Shown piece after piece: positions 10,943 to 20,764 of a stretch of 64,000 bases of DNA (within the stretch, counting starts at the first letter, position 1; each line of letters begins with the position of its first letter). The translations under genes were made by a program, and so were the position numbers. The DNA is from an uncultured Rhodobiaceae bacterium (lineage in GTDB: Bacteria > Pseudomonadota > Alphaproteobacteria > RS24), in contig CALEFA010000078.1 of assembly GCA_937876775.1 (NCBI GenBank), forward strand, positions 8,441-72,440. The letters are read 5' to 3'. The notes under the pieces are model-generated. The model was not told where the DNA came from. It worked only from the letters and a program-made list of their open reading frames with translations, and did not search any database.

Positions 10943-11527
10943 CTATTTAAGTCCGCGACTGCCCGGTTTGATGGCCGGTATATCCTGCAAATCCTCTGGC
11001 ACCTGATCGGCTTCAAAGGTCTCAAAGGAAACTTGCGCAAGCGACTCAAGGTTCACACCAATATTAGCGCTGCCAGCCGAACGGTCAATCAAACATCCTG
11101 CGCCAACCACTTGCCCGCCATGCGCGTGAATCGCCTCTATCGCCTCGCGCGACGATAGGCCGGTGGTCACAATGTCTTCAATCATTACCGTGCGGGCTTG
11201 TTCTGCCAGCGCAAAACCGCGTCGCAGGGCAAAGGTGCCGTCGACGCGTTCCAAGAACATGGAAGGCACATCTAAGGCGCGAGCCACTTCGTGGCCGATA
11301 ATCAAGCCGCCCATGGCCGGCGCGACAACGCAATCAATTTCGCCCTCAACCGAGGCGCGCAATTTATCAGCCAGTGCTTCGGCCAAACGCGACGCCCGGC
11401 GTGTATCCATCAACACGCGGGCGCATTGTAAATAATTGCGGCTGTGCAGACCTGACGACAAAACGAAATGCCCATCCAGCAAGGCCTCAGCATCACGAAA
11501 TTCTTGTAACACATGTTCTGGTGTCAT
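10943..11527 (-). CDS. pyrE: orotate phosphoribosyltransferase
   Basis: 194 aa with GHFVLSSGLHS and the PRPP-binding loop VMIEDIVTTGLS. Confidence 0.9.
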   Translation of the reverse strand: MTPEHVLQEFRDAEALLDGHFVLSSGLHSRNYLQCARVLMDTRRASRLAEALADKLRASVEGEIDCVVAPAMGGLIIGHEVARALDVPSMFLERVDGTFALRRGFALAEQARTVMIEDIVTTGLSSREAIEAIHAHGGQVVGAGCLIDRSAGSANIGVNLESLAQVSFETFEADQVPEDLQDIPAIKPGSRGLK

Positions 11528-11542
11528 CCGTTGTCCCCCTAG

Positions 11543-13723
11543 TTACTCAAACAAGACGCGCGACACAAAACTTACCACACTGCTGCCTTTTAGGGCGGCG
11601 ATAAGCTGCGACACATGGTCGACGTCGCGCACTTCAATATCAATTTTCAAATCACAAAAATCATCATTGCGCTGGGTGATCGCCAAATTCAGAATATTGG
11701 CGTCAAAATCAGCAATGGTCTGGGTGATGGCGCTGAGCGCCCCTGTTCGGTTAACCGCCGTCATTTGCAACCGCGAGCTGAACAATTGATCGCGCTGATG
11801 ATTGCCCTCATCATCCCAATGCATGCTCACCCAGCGCTCGCGCTGACCTTCATAATTTTCCAAAATCGCGGCGGCGCGCGGGTAAATCACCACACCCTCG
11901 CCCATCGTCACAATGCCGACAATGTCATCACCCGGCAGCGGGAAACAATTTTCAGCCATTTTTACCGCGGTTCCATAAAGCGCACCATTAACCGGCACCG
12001 CAACATTGTCCAGACGGCGGCGACGCCCCGGCGCGCCAATCAACGCCCGCATGGCACCCGCCAAAGCGGCGCGTTTGCCACGGCGGCGACGTTGCGGAAA
12101 CACCGCCATTAAAACTTCTGCCGCGCCCAACTCACCGCGCCCGACATCAGCATAAAGCTGGGTTAAGGTGGCGTATTTCAGCGCCCCAAGCGCGCGCTCA
12201 AGAACCGGTTTACTCAAATCCTTGTCTTCACTGTCAAAAATGCTCTTCAGCATGTTTTGTCCAAGCTCGGCATAGGCCGTTTGCTGGCTCTCACGCAAAG
12301 CTTGGCGAATGGCGGCGCGCGCCTTACCGGTTTTGGCGTGATGCAACCACGCTTCCGTCGGCAGTTGATTTTTATCGCAAATAACTTCGATTTCATCGCC
12401 ATTTTTCGGCGAGGTGCGAAACGGCAAATTCAGGCCATTGATCCGCACGCCGGTGCATTTATTGCCAATATCGGTATGCACCGCATAGGCAAAATCCAAT
12501 GCCGTGGCGCCGCTCGGCAAAGCAATCAAACGGCCCTTGGGGGTGAAGCAAAACACCTGATCGGTAAATAATTCCAATTTGGTGTTTTCCATAAATTCTT
12601 CCGCCGTTTCGCCGGTACGAATTTGCGCCACCATTTCTTGCAACCAGGTGAAAGGTTTAATGTCGTTGGGACTCAGCGCGTCGTCGCGCCCTTCCTTATA
12701 GGCCCAATGCGCGGCCACACCATTTTCGGCAACATCATTCATCTGTTGCGTGCGAATTTGAATTTCGACCCGCTGATTATTCGGGCCAATCACCGTGGTG
12801 TGCAAAGAACGATAGCCGTTAACTTTAACGGTCGAGATGTAATCTTTATAGCGGCCCGGTACACAGCGATAGGCTTGGTGCAACACGCCAAGCGCTTGAT
12901 AGCAGGCATCCTCGTCTTTGACGATGATGCGATAGCCAAAAACATCGGATAATTGCTCAAGCGACAGAGCTTTGTGCTGAATTTTTCGCCAAATCGAAAA
13001 CGGTCGTTTTTGCCGACCATAGACTTTGGCTTGCAGCCCTTTTTCAATCAGCAGGGTGGAAAACTCATAGGCGATTTCGTTGAGCATATCGCCGCTTTCC
13101 GCGACCAATTCGGCAAGTCGGTCTTGCAAGGTGTCGCGGGCGCTTTTGTTCAATTGGCCAAAAGCCAAATCTTCCAATTCTTCACGGAAAGCCTGCATGC
13201 CCATTCGGCCAGCCAGTGGTGCATAAATGTCTAATGTCTCTTGCGCAATACGGCGGCGTTTGTCTTCCGAGCTGATAAAGTGAAGTGTCCGCATATTGTG
13301 CAAACGGTCGGCCAATTTGACCAATAAAATGCGCACATCATTGGCCGTGGCAAGCAATAGTTTACGGAAATTCTCGGCCTGCGCACTGCCCTCTGAGGAT
13401 AGCTCCAACATCGATAATTTGGTCACGCCATTGACTAAATCGGCAATTTCCGAGCCAAAAAGGTTGGTAATCTCGTCAAGACTGGCGTCAGTGTCTTCAA
13501 TGGTGTCGTGCAATAACGCCGTTGCAATACTAGCGCAATCTAGGCGTAAATCGGTTAAAATACCGGCAACTTCAACAGGGTGCGAGAAATAGGGGTCGCC
13601 AGAAGCGCGCTTTTGGTCGCCGTGTTTCTGGGTGGCATAAACATAAGCGCGGTTGAGCAATTCCTCATCCGCTTGCGGTTCATAACTGGAGACACGGTCA
13701 ATTAATTCATATTGGCGCATCAT
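11543..13723 (-). CDS. spoT: bifunctional (p)ppGpp synthetase/hydrolase (RelA/SpoT homologue)
   Basis: HD hydrolase domain (HPVEVA...HDTIEDT), synthetase domain (YRSLHTTV), TGS and ACT regions. The start is set at ATG 13723, with GGAG 9 nt upstream; the ORF track begins at GTG 13738. Confidence 0.95.
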   Translation of the reverse strand: MMRQYELIDRVSSYEPQADEELLNRAYVYATQKHGDQKRASGDPYFSHPVEVAGILTDLRLDCASIATALLHDTIEDTDASLDEITNLFGSEIADLVNGVTKLSMLELSSEGSAQAENFRKLLLATANDVRILLVKLADRLHNMRTLHFISSEDKRRRIAQETLDIYAPLAGRMGMQAFREELEDLAFGQLNKSARDTLQDRLAELVAESGDMLNEIAYEFSTLLIEKGLQAKVYGRQKRPFSIWRKIQHKALSLEQLSDVFGYRIIVKDEDACYQALGVLHQAYRCVPGRYKDYISTVKVNGYRSLHTTVIGPNNQRVEIQIRTQQMNDVAENGVAAHWAYKEGRDDALSPNDIKPFTWLQEMVAQIRTGETAEEFMENTKLELFTDQVFCFTPKGRLIALPSGATALDFAYAVHTDIGNKCTGVRINGLNLPFRTSPKNGDEIEVICDKNQLPTEAWLHHAKTGKARAAIRQALRESQQTAYAELGQNMLKSIFDSEDKDLSKPVLERALGALKYATLTQLYADVGRGELGAAEVLMAVFPQRRRRGKRAALAGAMRALIGAPGRRRRLDNVAVPVNGALYGTAVKMAENCFPLPGDDIVGIVTMGEGVVIYPRAAAILENYEGQRERWVSMHWDDEGNHQRDQLFSSRLQMTAVNRTGALSAITQTIADFDANILNLAITQRNDDFCDLKIDIEVRDVDHVSQLIAALKGSSVVSFVSRVLFE

Positions 13724-13755
13724 GGTCTTATACTCCACTCGCGCATATGAATGGC

Positions 13756-14160
13756 CTAATCAGAAAGGCCGCCCCGACCGCTATCTTTCGGGGCCGCTGC
13801 TTCCATTGATTGCAGCGCGGCCAAAATGTCATCTTCGCTCATCTCAGCCATATTTTCGGCCGGTGCTTCTTCGTTGCCAAACACTTGCGGGCCAGCCAAA
13901 GGCACAATGACCTCTTCATCTGGCTCATCAATATCAATTTGTTTTTGCAAAGAGCTAACCAAATCTTCGCGGATTTCGCTTGGAATGAGTTTTTCTTCGG
14001 CAATCTCGCGCAAGGCGACAACTGGGTTCTTGTCATTATCGCGCTCGACAAGGATTTCAGCGCCTGCGGACATGCCGCGCGCTCTGTGTGAGGCGACCAA
14101 AACCAGTTCAAACCGGTTGGTGACTTTATCTACGCAATCTTCGACGGTGACCCGAGCCAT
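13756..14160 (-). CDS. rpoZ: DNA-directed RNA polymerase subunit omega
   Basis: N-terminus [27 protein letters not shown]. Conserved rpoZ-spoT adjacency. Confidence 0.95.
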   Translation of the reverse strand: MARVTVEDCVDKVTNRFELVLVASHRARGMSAGAEILVERDNDKNPVVALREIAEEKLIPSEIREDLVSSLQKQIDIDEPDEEVIVPLAGPQVFGNEEAPAENMAEMSEDDILAALQSMEAAAPKDSGRGGLSD

Positions 14161-14233
14161 AGTGTAAACTCCTAAGTTATTGGATTTATGTATGCCTTTT
14201 ACCGAGATTTCGCAAGGAAAAAGTCGCGAAACG

Positions 14234-14728
14234 TCACCATTTGAGGCGTTTTACGCTGTTTAGCTCGCCAATTGGCAAATCTGCTAGCAATTGCTCAATA
14301 TGACGACCACTCACCGGATGCCGCCAAGCTGGCGCGATTTGGCGCAAAGGTTGCAACACAAACCCTCGTTGGGCCAAGCGCGGATGCGGTAAATCAATGC
14401 GGTGGTGGCAGATTTGCTGGCGATAATCGAGAATATCAATGTCTAATGTGCGCGGCCCCCATTTGACCCGACGATGGCGACCAAATTCAGCCTCAATGGC
14501 ATGGCATTCAGCCAAAAGACCCAGAGGCGCAAGATTGCTGCTCACCGCCACGACCGCATTGACATAAGCGGCTTGCCCGGCGGGGCCAATGGGGCGGGTT
14601 TGATAGAGCGGCGAGCGCGCGTGCACGCGCATACGCGCCTGAGACAATCGCGTCATCGCCGCCGCCATCAAGGCTTCACTGCTGGCAAATGCGCCAGATA
14701 AATTGCTGCCAAGCGCAAGATAAATCAT
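14234..14728 (-). CDS. folK: 2-amino-4-hydroxy-6-hydroxymethyldihydropteridine diphosphokinase
   Basis: 164 aa with YLALGSNL, a RTLDIDIL motif, LPHPR and RGFVL.PL. Confidence 0.9.
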   Translation of the reverse strand: MIYLALGSNLSGAFASSEALMAAAMTRLSQARMRVHARSPLYQTRPIGPAGQAAYVNAVVAVSSNLAPLGLLAECHAIEAEFGRHRRVKWGPRTLDIDILDYRQQICHHRIDLPHPRLAQRGFVLQPLRQIAPAWRHPVSGRHIEQLLADLPIGELNSVKRLKW

Positions 14729-14804
14729 ATCGACCCCTTGTTGATGACTGGCTTATGACAGATGCCAGTTGCTGGCAAGCCCTCGCTGCTCTTATACTGA
14801 CTGC

Positions 14805-15464
14805 ATGACAGATTCCCTCTCGCCCCTGCCCGCCGCTGATTGTACGATTTGCCCGCGATTGGCCGATTATCGCCACGCCAATGCCCGCGCCCACAGTGAT
14901 TGGTTCAACGCGCCCGTACCGTGCTTTGGTGACCCGCAAGGGCAATTATTGATTGTCGGTCTGGCCCCTGGCGTGACCGGTGCCAATCGCACGGGGCGCC
15001 CGTTCACTGGCGATTGGGCGGGCGATTTACTGTATGATACGCTAGCCAAATTCGGGTTTTCCAGTGGCCGCTATGACCGCAATTATGAGCGCCAAATTGG
15101 CGATGGTCTGCGCTTACAAAATTGCATGATTACCAATGCGGTGCGTTGTGTGCCGCCGCAAAACAAACCAACCGGGCCGGAGATAAATAATTGCCGGCCA
15201 TTTTTGCGCGCCCGCATTGACAGCCTGCCCCGCGTCAAAGCGATTTTATCTCTCGGACGTATTTCGCATGAAAGCGTGCTGCGCAGTCTCAATGTGAAGC
15301 TAAAGGACGCCGCTTTTGCCCATGGTGCGGTGCATGATATCAATGGCTTAGCGCTTTATGACAGCTATCATTGCTCGCGCTATAACACCAATACGCGGCG
15401 TTTGACGGTGGATATGTTTGAACAGGTTTTCGCCACCATCCGCGACGATTTGGCGGCGCGATAG
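14805..15464 (+). CDS. uracil-DNA glycosylase, family 4/5 (Fe-S type)
   Basis: ORF 14769..15464; ATG 14805 chosen. CxxC near the N-terminus and GLAPGVTGANRTGRPFTGD, which matches the UdgB-type motif A. Confidence 0.85.
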   Translation: MTDSLSPLPAADCTICPRLADYRHANARAHSDWFNAPVPCFGDPQGQLLIVGLAPGVTGANRTGRPFTGDWAGDLLYDTLAKFGFSSGRYDRNYERQIGDGLRLQNCMITNAVRCVPPQNKPTGPEINNCRPFLRARIDSLPRVKAILSLGRISHESVLRSLNVKLKDAAFAHGAVHDINGLALYDSYHCSRYNTNTRRLTVDMFEQVFATIRDDLAAR

Positions 15465-15947
15465 CTATTTCAGCAATCGCGCTTTTTGTCGCTGCCAGTC
15501 GCGCTTCTTTTCGTTCTCTCGCCGATCCGCCTTTTTGCGACCCCGCGCTAAGCCGATCAAGCATTTCACCAGACCTTGCTCATTGAAGTAAATTTTCAGC
15601 GGCACAACCGTCATGCCGTCGCGCTGCACGGACGACATCAGCTTGTTCAACTCGCGCCGGTGTAATAGCAATTTGCGCGGCTGGGTGGCCTTGTGATTGT
15701 GCCGATTGCCGCCGCTATATTCGGGGATGTCGGCGTTCATCAAAAACCCCTCGCCTTTTTCAAAATTGGCATAGGAATGCGCCAGATTGGCCTGCCCCTG
15801 ACGCAGCGATTTAACTTCAGTGCCTTGCAACACCAAACCAGCTTCAAATGTATCAACGACTTCAAAATCACGGCGCGCGCGGCGGTTTTCGGCAATCGTG
15901 CCGTCGCCCGCTGTGTTCTTTTTCTGGCCGCCGCTTTTTGAAGACAT
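15465..15947 (-). CDS. smpB: SsrA-binding protein
   Basis: 160 aa with [29 protein letters not shown] and a basic C-terminal tail. Confidence 0.95.
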   Translation of the reverse strand: MSSKSGGQKKNTAGDGTIAENRRARRDFEVVDTFEAGLVLQGTEVKSLRQGQANLAHSYANFEKGEGFLMNADIPEYSGGNRHNHKATQPRKLLLHRRELNKLMSSVQRDGMTVVPLKIYFNEQGLVKCLIGLARGRKKADRRENEKKRDWQRQKARLLK

Positions 15948-15951
15948 GGGA

Positions 15952-16824
15952 CTAAATCAGGCCTAAATCGGCCAATGCGGCATCAACTTGCGCCCGCGTG
16001 GCGTCAGTGGCCGGCAGTAAAGGCAGGCGAATATCTTCGGCACAATGGCCAAGCCGCGCCATGGCATATTTAATCGGCGACGGGCTGGACTCGCTAAATA
16101 GCGCGCGAATAAGCGGCACCAGTTTGGCTTGCAGCGCTTCGGCCGTGGCGATGTCGCCGTCGAGGCTGGCGTTTTGCATGGCGGCGCACAAATCTGGCAC
16201 AATGTTGGAAACCACCGAAATACACCCGCGCCCGCCCTGCTGATTAAAGGCGACAGCGCTTTCATCTTCGCCGGATAATTGAATAAACCCCGCGCCACAA
16301 TGCGCCGCCTGTTGACCGACGCGCGCCATATCGGCGGTGGCGTCTTTGACGCCGATAATATTATCGCGCTTGGCCAACACACCCATGGTCTCTGGCGTCA
16401 TATCGACAATGCTGCGGCCGGGAATATTATAAATCACAATCGGCAAAGCGCTGGCATCGCTAATGGCCTCGAAATGCGCAATCAACCCAGCCTGCGTCGG
16501 CTTATTGTAATATGGGGTGACGTGCAAAACGGCATCGGCACCAGCTTTGGCGGCGTGCTCGGTGAATGCCACCGCTTCCGCCGTCGAATTGGAACCGGCA
16601 CCGGCAATCACCGGCACACGACCGGCGACCGCTTCAATGCAAATCTCGACCACGCGCTGATGTTCGCTGTGGCTCAAGGTCGGCGACTCGCCGGTGGTGC
16701 CGCATGGCACCAGCCCGTGACTGCCCTGCACAACTTGCCAGTCGACCAATTTTGCAAAAGCCGCTTCATCGACAGCGCCATTTTTGAACGGCGTAATCAG
16801 GGCGGTGTTAGATCCATGCAACAT
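15952..16824 (-). CDS. dapA: 4-hydroxy-tetrahydrodipicolinate synthase
   Basis: 290 aa with [23 protein letters not shown] and YNIPGRS motifs. Confidence 0.95.
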   Translation of the reverse strand: MLHGSNTALITPFKNGAVDEAAFAKLVDWQVVQGSHGLVPCGTTGESPTLSHSEHQRVVEICIEAVAGRVPVIAGAGSNSTAEAVAFTEHAAKAGADAVLHVTPYYNKPTQAGLIAHFEAISDASALPIVIYNIPGRSIVDMTPETMGVLAKRDNIIGVKDATADMARVGQQAAHCGAGFIQLSGEDESAVAFNQQGGRGCISVVSNIVPDLCAAMQNASLDGDIATAEALQAKLVPLIRALFSESSPSPIKYAMARLGHCAEDIRLPLLPATDATRAQVDAALADLGLI

Positions 16825-16919
16825 GGCAGTCTCCGAAACTCAGTTTTTCCTAGCAAGATTGCTATAACGGCGGCAACATAGCATATTGTTTTGGTGCAAC
16901 TAAAGAAAAAGGCTGAGTT

Positions 16920-17669
16920 ATGACGCAAGCAACGAAAAATGCAGTGATTTTTGGCGTCGGGGCGCGCAATGGTGTGGGCGCCGAATTATGCCATCAAGCC
17001 GCCGCGCGCGGGTTCCACGTGTTTGTGAACGGCCGCACGGAAGAAAAAATCAACGCGATTGCCGAGGCGATCAATGAGGATGGTGGCGAAGCGACACCGC
17101 TTTTGGCCGATGTCACCGACGACTTACAGGTCAAAAACGCGCTGGTGAAAGTCGCCAATGACGCGCGGCCTCTGGAATTGGCGGTGTATAATGCCGGCAA
17201 CAACCGCCCCAGCCCGTTTCTCGATGTAACGCCCGACGTATTTGAGCAAATGTGGCGGGTGATTTGCTTTGGCGGCTTTTTAACCGCACAAGCGACGCTG
17301 AAACTGATGTTGGAACAGCAAGATAAAGCGACGCGCCAATCATTTATGTTTACCGGTGCCAGCGGCAGTCTGCGCGGCAAAGCCAATTTCGCCGCTTTCG
17401 CCGCCGGTAAGGGGGCGCTGCGCATGCTGGCGCAAAGCCTAGCCCGCGAATTTGGCCCGCAAGGCATTCACGTCGCCCATGTGATTATCGACGGGGCGAT
17501 TAACGGCCACATCTTGCAAACAAATTATGCTGGTTATCTCGACAAGCTGGGCGAAGATGGATCGCTGGATGTGTCGGCGATTGCCGAGACTTTCATGATG
17601 CTGCACGACCAGCCGCGCACGGCGTGGACGCAAGAGATTGATCTGCGCCCGTTCAAAGAGACTTTTTAA
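16920..17669 (+). CDS. short-chain dehydrogenase/reductase family protein (atypical active site)
   Basis: A GVGARNGVG dinucleotide loop and YNAGN. Where classical SDRs have YxxxK, this protein reads FAAGK, with no Tyr in that segment. Confidence 0.75.
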   Translation: MTQATKNAVIFGVGARNGVGAELCHQAAARGFHVFVNGRTEEKINAIAEAINEDGGEATPLLADVTDDLQVKNALVKVANDARPLELAVYNAGNNRPSPFLDVTPDVFEQMWRVICFGGFLTAQATLKLMLEQQDKATRQSFMFTGASGSLRGKANFAAFAAGKGALRMLAQSLAREFGPQGIHVAHVIIDGAINGHILQTNYAGYLDKLGEDGSLDVSAIAETFMMLHDQPRTAWTQEIDLRPFKETF

Positions 17670-18687
17670 CCGCCGCCCCCAAAGCCGTGCCGCTGGCAAA
17701 GCCGTGGCGCACGCGGGTGCCGAGACACCAATCACCAGCCACGCCAAGCCCGCTTGCCGCGTCGAACAGAAAGCCTTGCGGGTTTTGCAAAGGCGTTGCG
17801 GCTGCGGCGTAGAGCCAGCGATGACAGCTTTGATAGGCGATGCTTTCGGGATCTCTAAGTGGCTCGATTGCCAAGCTGTCAGCGAACAATTCAAACAGGC
17901 GCGCTTGTATCAACTGCCCAACATCGGCGACCGGCTGGTCAATGTGCTGGGCACTCCATTGATGGTTGGTCTGCACCACAAACGCGCTCGACCCATCGCG
18001 GCCAGGCTTTTGATGATTGGCAATCACAATCTCAACCATCGGATCATCGACTAAAGCAATGTCCCACGCCACTTCCGTTGGCGTAGGGGCCGCCAGCATT
18101 AGCGTATGACACGGCTGCATGACGACACTTTCGCAGGCCTGCCGCATGGCGCCGTGCGGCAACAGCGCGGCCGCTTGAGCCGGCGGCATGGCGATGATGA
18201 CGCGATCAAAATCTTCATACACCTGCCCGTCGGCGAGCAGCCGCATGCGCTGGTCGGGCTGTGTTTCGAGCGCGCTGACAGTGACGCCAAGATGCACGGC
18301 GTCAAACTGATACTGTGCCACCACGGCGCGGCCAAGGCTGCTCATGCCGGGGCTGGCGACCCATTGGCGGCGCGGCGGCAAGGCGGCATAGCGCGGCTGG
18401 TTGATGCCAGCTTGCGGCGACAGGCGAACGGTTTTTGGCGACCACGCGGCGACACTGCCTGCGGCGATCAGCGGTTGTAGAAAGACCTCGAAATCACCAT
18501 CGGCGGAGAACCGGCTGACGCCGTGGTCAAACCGCGCGACCTCACTGCGCCGCGTCGCCATGCGCCCGCCCAAGCCGCGCGATTTATCAAACAGGCTGAC
18601 GGCGGCGTGCGCGTGCAACTGGGCGGCGCATGCGAGGCCGGCGATGCCGGTGCCGATAATCGCAATTCTGGGAAGCGGATGCTGCAT
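17653..18687 (-). CDS. NAD(P)/FAD-dependent oxidoreductase (amine-oxidase-like fold)
   Basis: N-terminal Rossmann IAIIGTGIAGLACA...FDKSRGLGGRM and C-terminal GVAGDW. Its 3' end overlaps the convergent SDR gene by 17 nt. Its G+C is clearly above that of its neighbours. Confidence 0.75.
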   Translation of the reverse strand: MQHPLPRIAIIGTGIAGLACAAQLHAHAAVSLFDKSRGLGGRMATRRSEVARFDHGVSRFSADGDFEVFLQPLIAAGSVAAWSPKTVRLSPQAGINQPRYAALPPRRQWVASPGMSSLGRAVVAQYQFDAVHLGVTVSALETQPDQRMRLLADGQVYEDFDRVIIAMPPAQAAALLPHGAMRQACESVVMQPCHTLMLAAPTPTEVAWDIALVDDPMVEIVIANHQKPGRDGSSAFVVQTNHQWSAQHIDQPVADVGQLIQARLFELFADSLAIEPLRDPESIAYQSCHRWLYAAAATPLQNPQGFLFDAASGLGVAGDWCLGTRVRHGFASGTALGAAVKKSL

Positions 18688-18747
18688 GGCGCCACGCTAA
18701 CCGATATTGCGACGAGAAACTATCCCTTTGCTGGCCGCCCGACCGGC

Positions 18748-19251
18748 TCATGATGTCCGGTCAAGCTGCCACCCGTCCGGCGGTTGACCGCTGGCCAACA
18801 TGGCGGCGGTCTCATGGGCGCGGTGCGGCACTTGTCTGGCCCAGCGACTGTCAAGCGCGTCGGCTTGCGCCTGCGGCCAATCTTGCGCGACAATGGCGGC
18901 GCGCATGTTTTTGAAACCGGCGAGACCGGCGTGGCCGAGATTGAAGGCCATGGCAATCAGCGCCGCCCGACGCACGGCATCGAGCTGCGACCAAACCGGC
19001 GCGTAAAGCCGACGGGCGCTGGATTGGGCGCGCTCAATGTCATCATCGAGATAGGCTTGCACCATGCGCGGGCTGAGGCGGAAGCCGTTTTGCGTCAGCC
19101 GCCGCGCCAGCTCATCGTCGCACCATTGGCCTTTTCGGCGATCGACCAAATGGCCAATACCAATGGTCCAATAGCCCAAATGGTCTTGATAAAGCTGCTC
19201 GCGCACGCCCTCGTGACGGCGGATGAACTGGCGCAAAAACCGGTTTGCCAT
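18748..19251 (-). CDS. GH24 (T4-type) lysozyme
   Basis: ORF 18748..19305. ATG 19251 is preceded by AAGGAGAG. The motif FIRRHEG......D..GYWTIGIGH has catalytic-Glu context typical of phage-type lysozymes. No signal peptide or TM helix. Confidence 0.8.
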   Translation of the reverse strand: MANRFLRQFIRRHEGVREQLYQDHLGYWTIGIGHLVDRRKGQWCDDELARRLTQNGFRLSPRMVQAYLDDDIERAQSSARRLYAPVWSQLDAVRRAALIAMAFNLGHAGLAGFKNMRAAIVAQDWPQAQADALDSRWARQVPHRAHETAAMLASGQPPDGWQLDRTS

Positions 19252-19335
19252 GGGCTCTCCTTTAGGGTCGAAAATCCCCATAAAATAGGCGTTTTCGGGT
19301 TGCAATCCGCGGCCAGCTTGTTTATCACCACAGGT

Positions 19336-19426
19336 GGAGAGGTGGCCGAGTGGCTGAAGGCGCGCCCCTGCTAAGGGTGTATGGGTTTATAGCCCATCGA
19401 GGGTTCGAATCCCTTCCTCTCCGCCA
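19336..19426 (+). tRNA. tRNA-Ser (anticodon GCU)
   Basis: Folded by hand. Acceptor GGAGAGG/CCTCTCC, anticodon stem CGCCC/GGGTG with loop CTGCTAA, a long variable arm ATGGG...CCCAT, a T arm with GTTCGAATC, discriminator G and an encoded CCA. Confidence 0.95.
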
Positions 19427-19889
19427 GTGCTTTGTCCCTCAGGATTTTTCCAGTTTACACTAGCCTTCCCCTGAGTGCGACCCTCAAAGGTGCGCGACAG
19501 GTTTTTACTCAAAAATTGCTACCAACTGGACCCATAGTGGACCCAAATATTTGTGAGTGGGGGCACGCATGGGCCACCCCGGGTACCCCGGGTAGGTGCA
19601 TGTCAGGCCTCCATCGATTGGTGACTATTGGGTTTTATGGCAGGTAATGGCTAACGGTTACGAGTACGCAGAGGACCAGCGGAGCGGATTTCAAGATCCG
19701 CTGAATTGTGTGGATGCTGTCTGAAAAGAACGGGATGGTATAGAACCCAGCAATATTATAGTATTTTGGCACCGGAGTTTCAGCGTCATTCTGAGAGATT
19801 AAAGGTGATCATCGTGTCACAATTAGACCGATACGCTCAACTGGCTTCCATGTTGCAAGACATGGAACAAGATAAAAAAGGTTAATAGA

Positions 19890-20483
19890 TTGAATTTCAA
19901 TGAAAACAAAATGCTAATATTCAAAAAAGCTGAAGATTTAGGCGAATGGTTGTCGCATAACCATGGCGATAAGAGCGAGCTTTGGATTAAAGTTTATAAA
20001 AAGCATACAAAAAAGCCTAGTGTGACATGGAAGGAAATCGTTACAGAAGCGTTATGCTGGGGATGGATTGACGGGGTCAAAAAATCCTTGGATGATGAAT
20101 CCTATGCACAAAGAATTACACCTCGAAAAGAAAAAAGCGATTGGTCCAAGAAAAATACAGAGCATGTAGAAAGGTTAATTGAAGAAGGAAAAATGCAAGA
20201 GCCGGGAATGGTTCATGTGCGGGCAGCACAAGCCGATGGACGCTGGGAAAACGCTTATGCTCCGGCTAGTGAAAGTGAAGTTCCTCAAGATTTTATTATT
20301 GCGTTGGAAAGAATGCCTGCCGCGAAAAAGTTTTTTGAAACACTTAATAAATCGAGTCGTTATGCGATTACATATGGGTTAACAACGGCTAAAAAACCTG
20401 AGACGCGAAAAAGGCGTTTTAATAAATTTATGGATATGCTTCTACGCAATGAAGAACCGGGCTTTGGGTTTAAGAAAAAATAG
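19890..20483 (+). CDS. YdeI/OmpD-associated family protein
   Basis: 197 aa with a TTG start (alternative ATG at 19911). The pattern W...ELWIKVYKK...VTW.E.V.EALCWGWIDG..K..D...Y.QRITPRK..S.WS..N and a C-terminal F..L.......Y....AKK.ETR.RR match my memory of the YdeI family. AT-rich codon usage is unlike the rest of the window. Confidence 0.7.
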   Translation: MNFNENKMLIFKKAEDLGEWLSHNHGDKSELWIKVYKKHTKKPSVTWKEIVTEALCWGWIDGVKKSLDDESYAQRITPRKEKSDWSKKNTEHVERLIEEGKMQEPGMVHVRAAQADGRWENAYAPASESEVPQDFIIALERMPAAKKFFETLNKSSRYAITYGLTTAKKPETRKRRFNKFMDMLLRNEEPGFGFKKK

Positions 20484-20705
20484 TCACAAATACTCTTTAG
20501 CCGCTACGGTACTTTTTAATTGAATGTGTTTACCATGCCTTTCATTCAAAACTTGAAAGAGTTTGAATGTTGCAAGATGTATTTCTATATAATGAAAAAC
20601 ATTAAATAATTTTGTTGCAACACGCTGTTTAAAATAGGAAAAGAAGAAAATTGGTGTCCAAACACCACCATAATATTTTCCTCCATTTTTATCCAATAAA
20701 AACAA
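20484..20705 (-). CDS. orphan ORF (doubtful; possibly a gene fragment)
   Basis: 73 codons with a TTG start and no SD. The open frame extends only 13 codons further upstream. It abuts the stop of the YdeI-like gene on the opposite strand (no intergenic gap). No family recognised. Confidence 0.2.
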   Translation of the reverse strand: MFLLDKNGGKYYGGVWTPIFFFSYFKQRVATKLFNVFHYIEIHLATFKLFQVLNERHGKHIQLKSTVAAKEYL

Positions 20706-20731
20706 TATTGACGGGAATAGGTTGGTTATTT

Positions 20732-20764
20732 TTACCCCTAAAGATTACCCCTAAATTTACCCCA
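20732..20764. repeat. three tandem copies of TTACCCC(T)AAA at 12-13 bp spacing
   Basis: TTACCCCTAAA at 20732-20742, TTACCCCTAAA at 20745-20755 and TTACCCCA at 20757-20764, read directly from the sequence. Confidence 0.8.

Noticed and set aside
19432-19647. 71-codon ORF directly after the tRNA. I also translated all six frames of 19427-19890 looking for a decayed integrase or a tmRNA tag frame.
   Set aside because: There is no SD, the composition is odd and no recombinase motifs (R..HxxR..Y) appear in any frame. The only tag-like frame (MANGYEYAEDQ...) does not end in the usual hydrophobic Ala-rich tmRNA tag, and no tRNA-like acceptor/T-arm partner is present.
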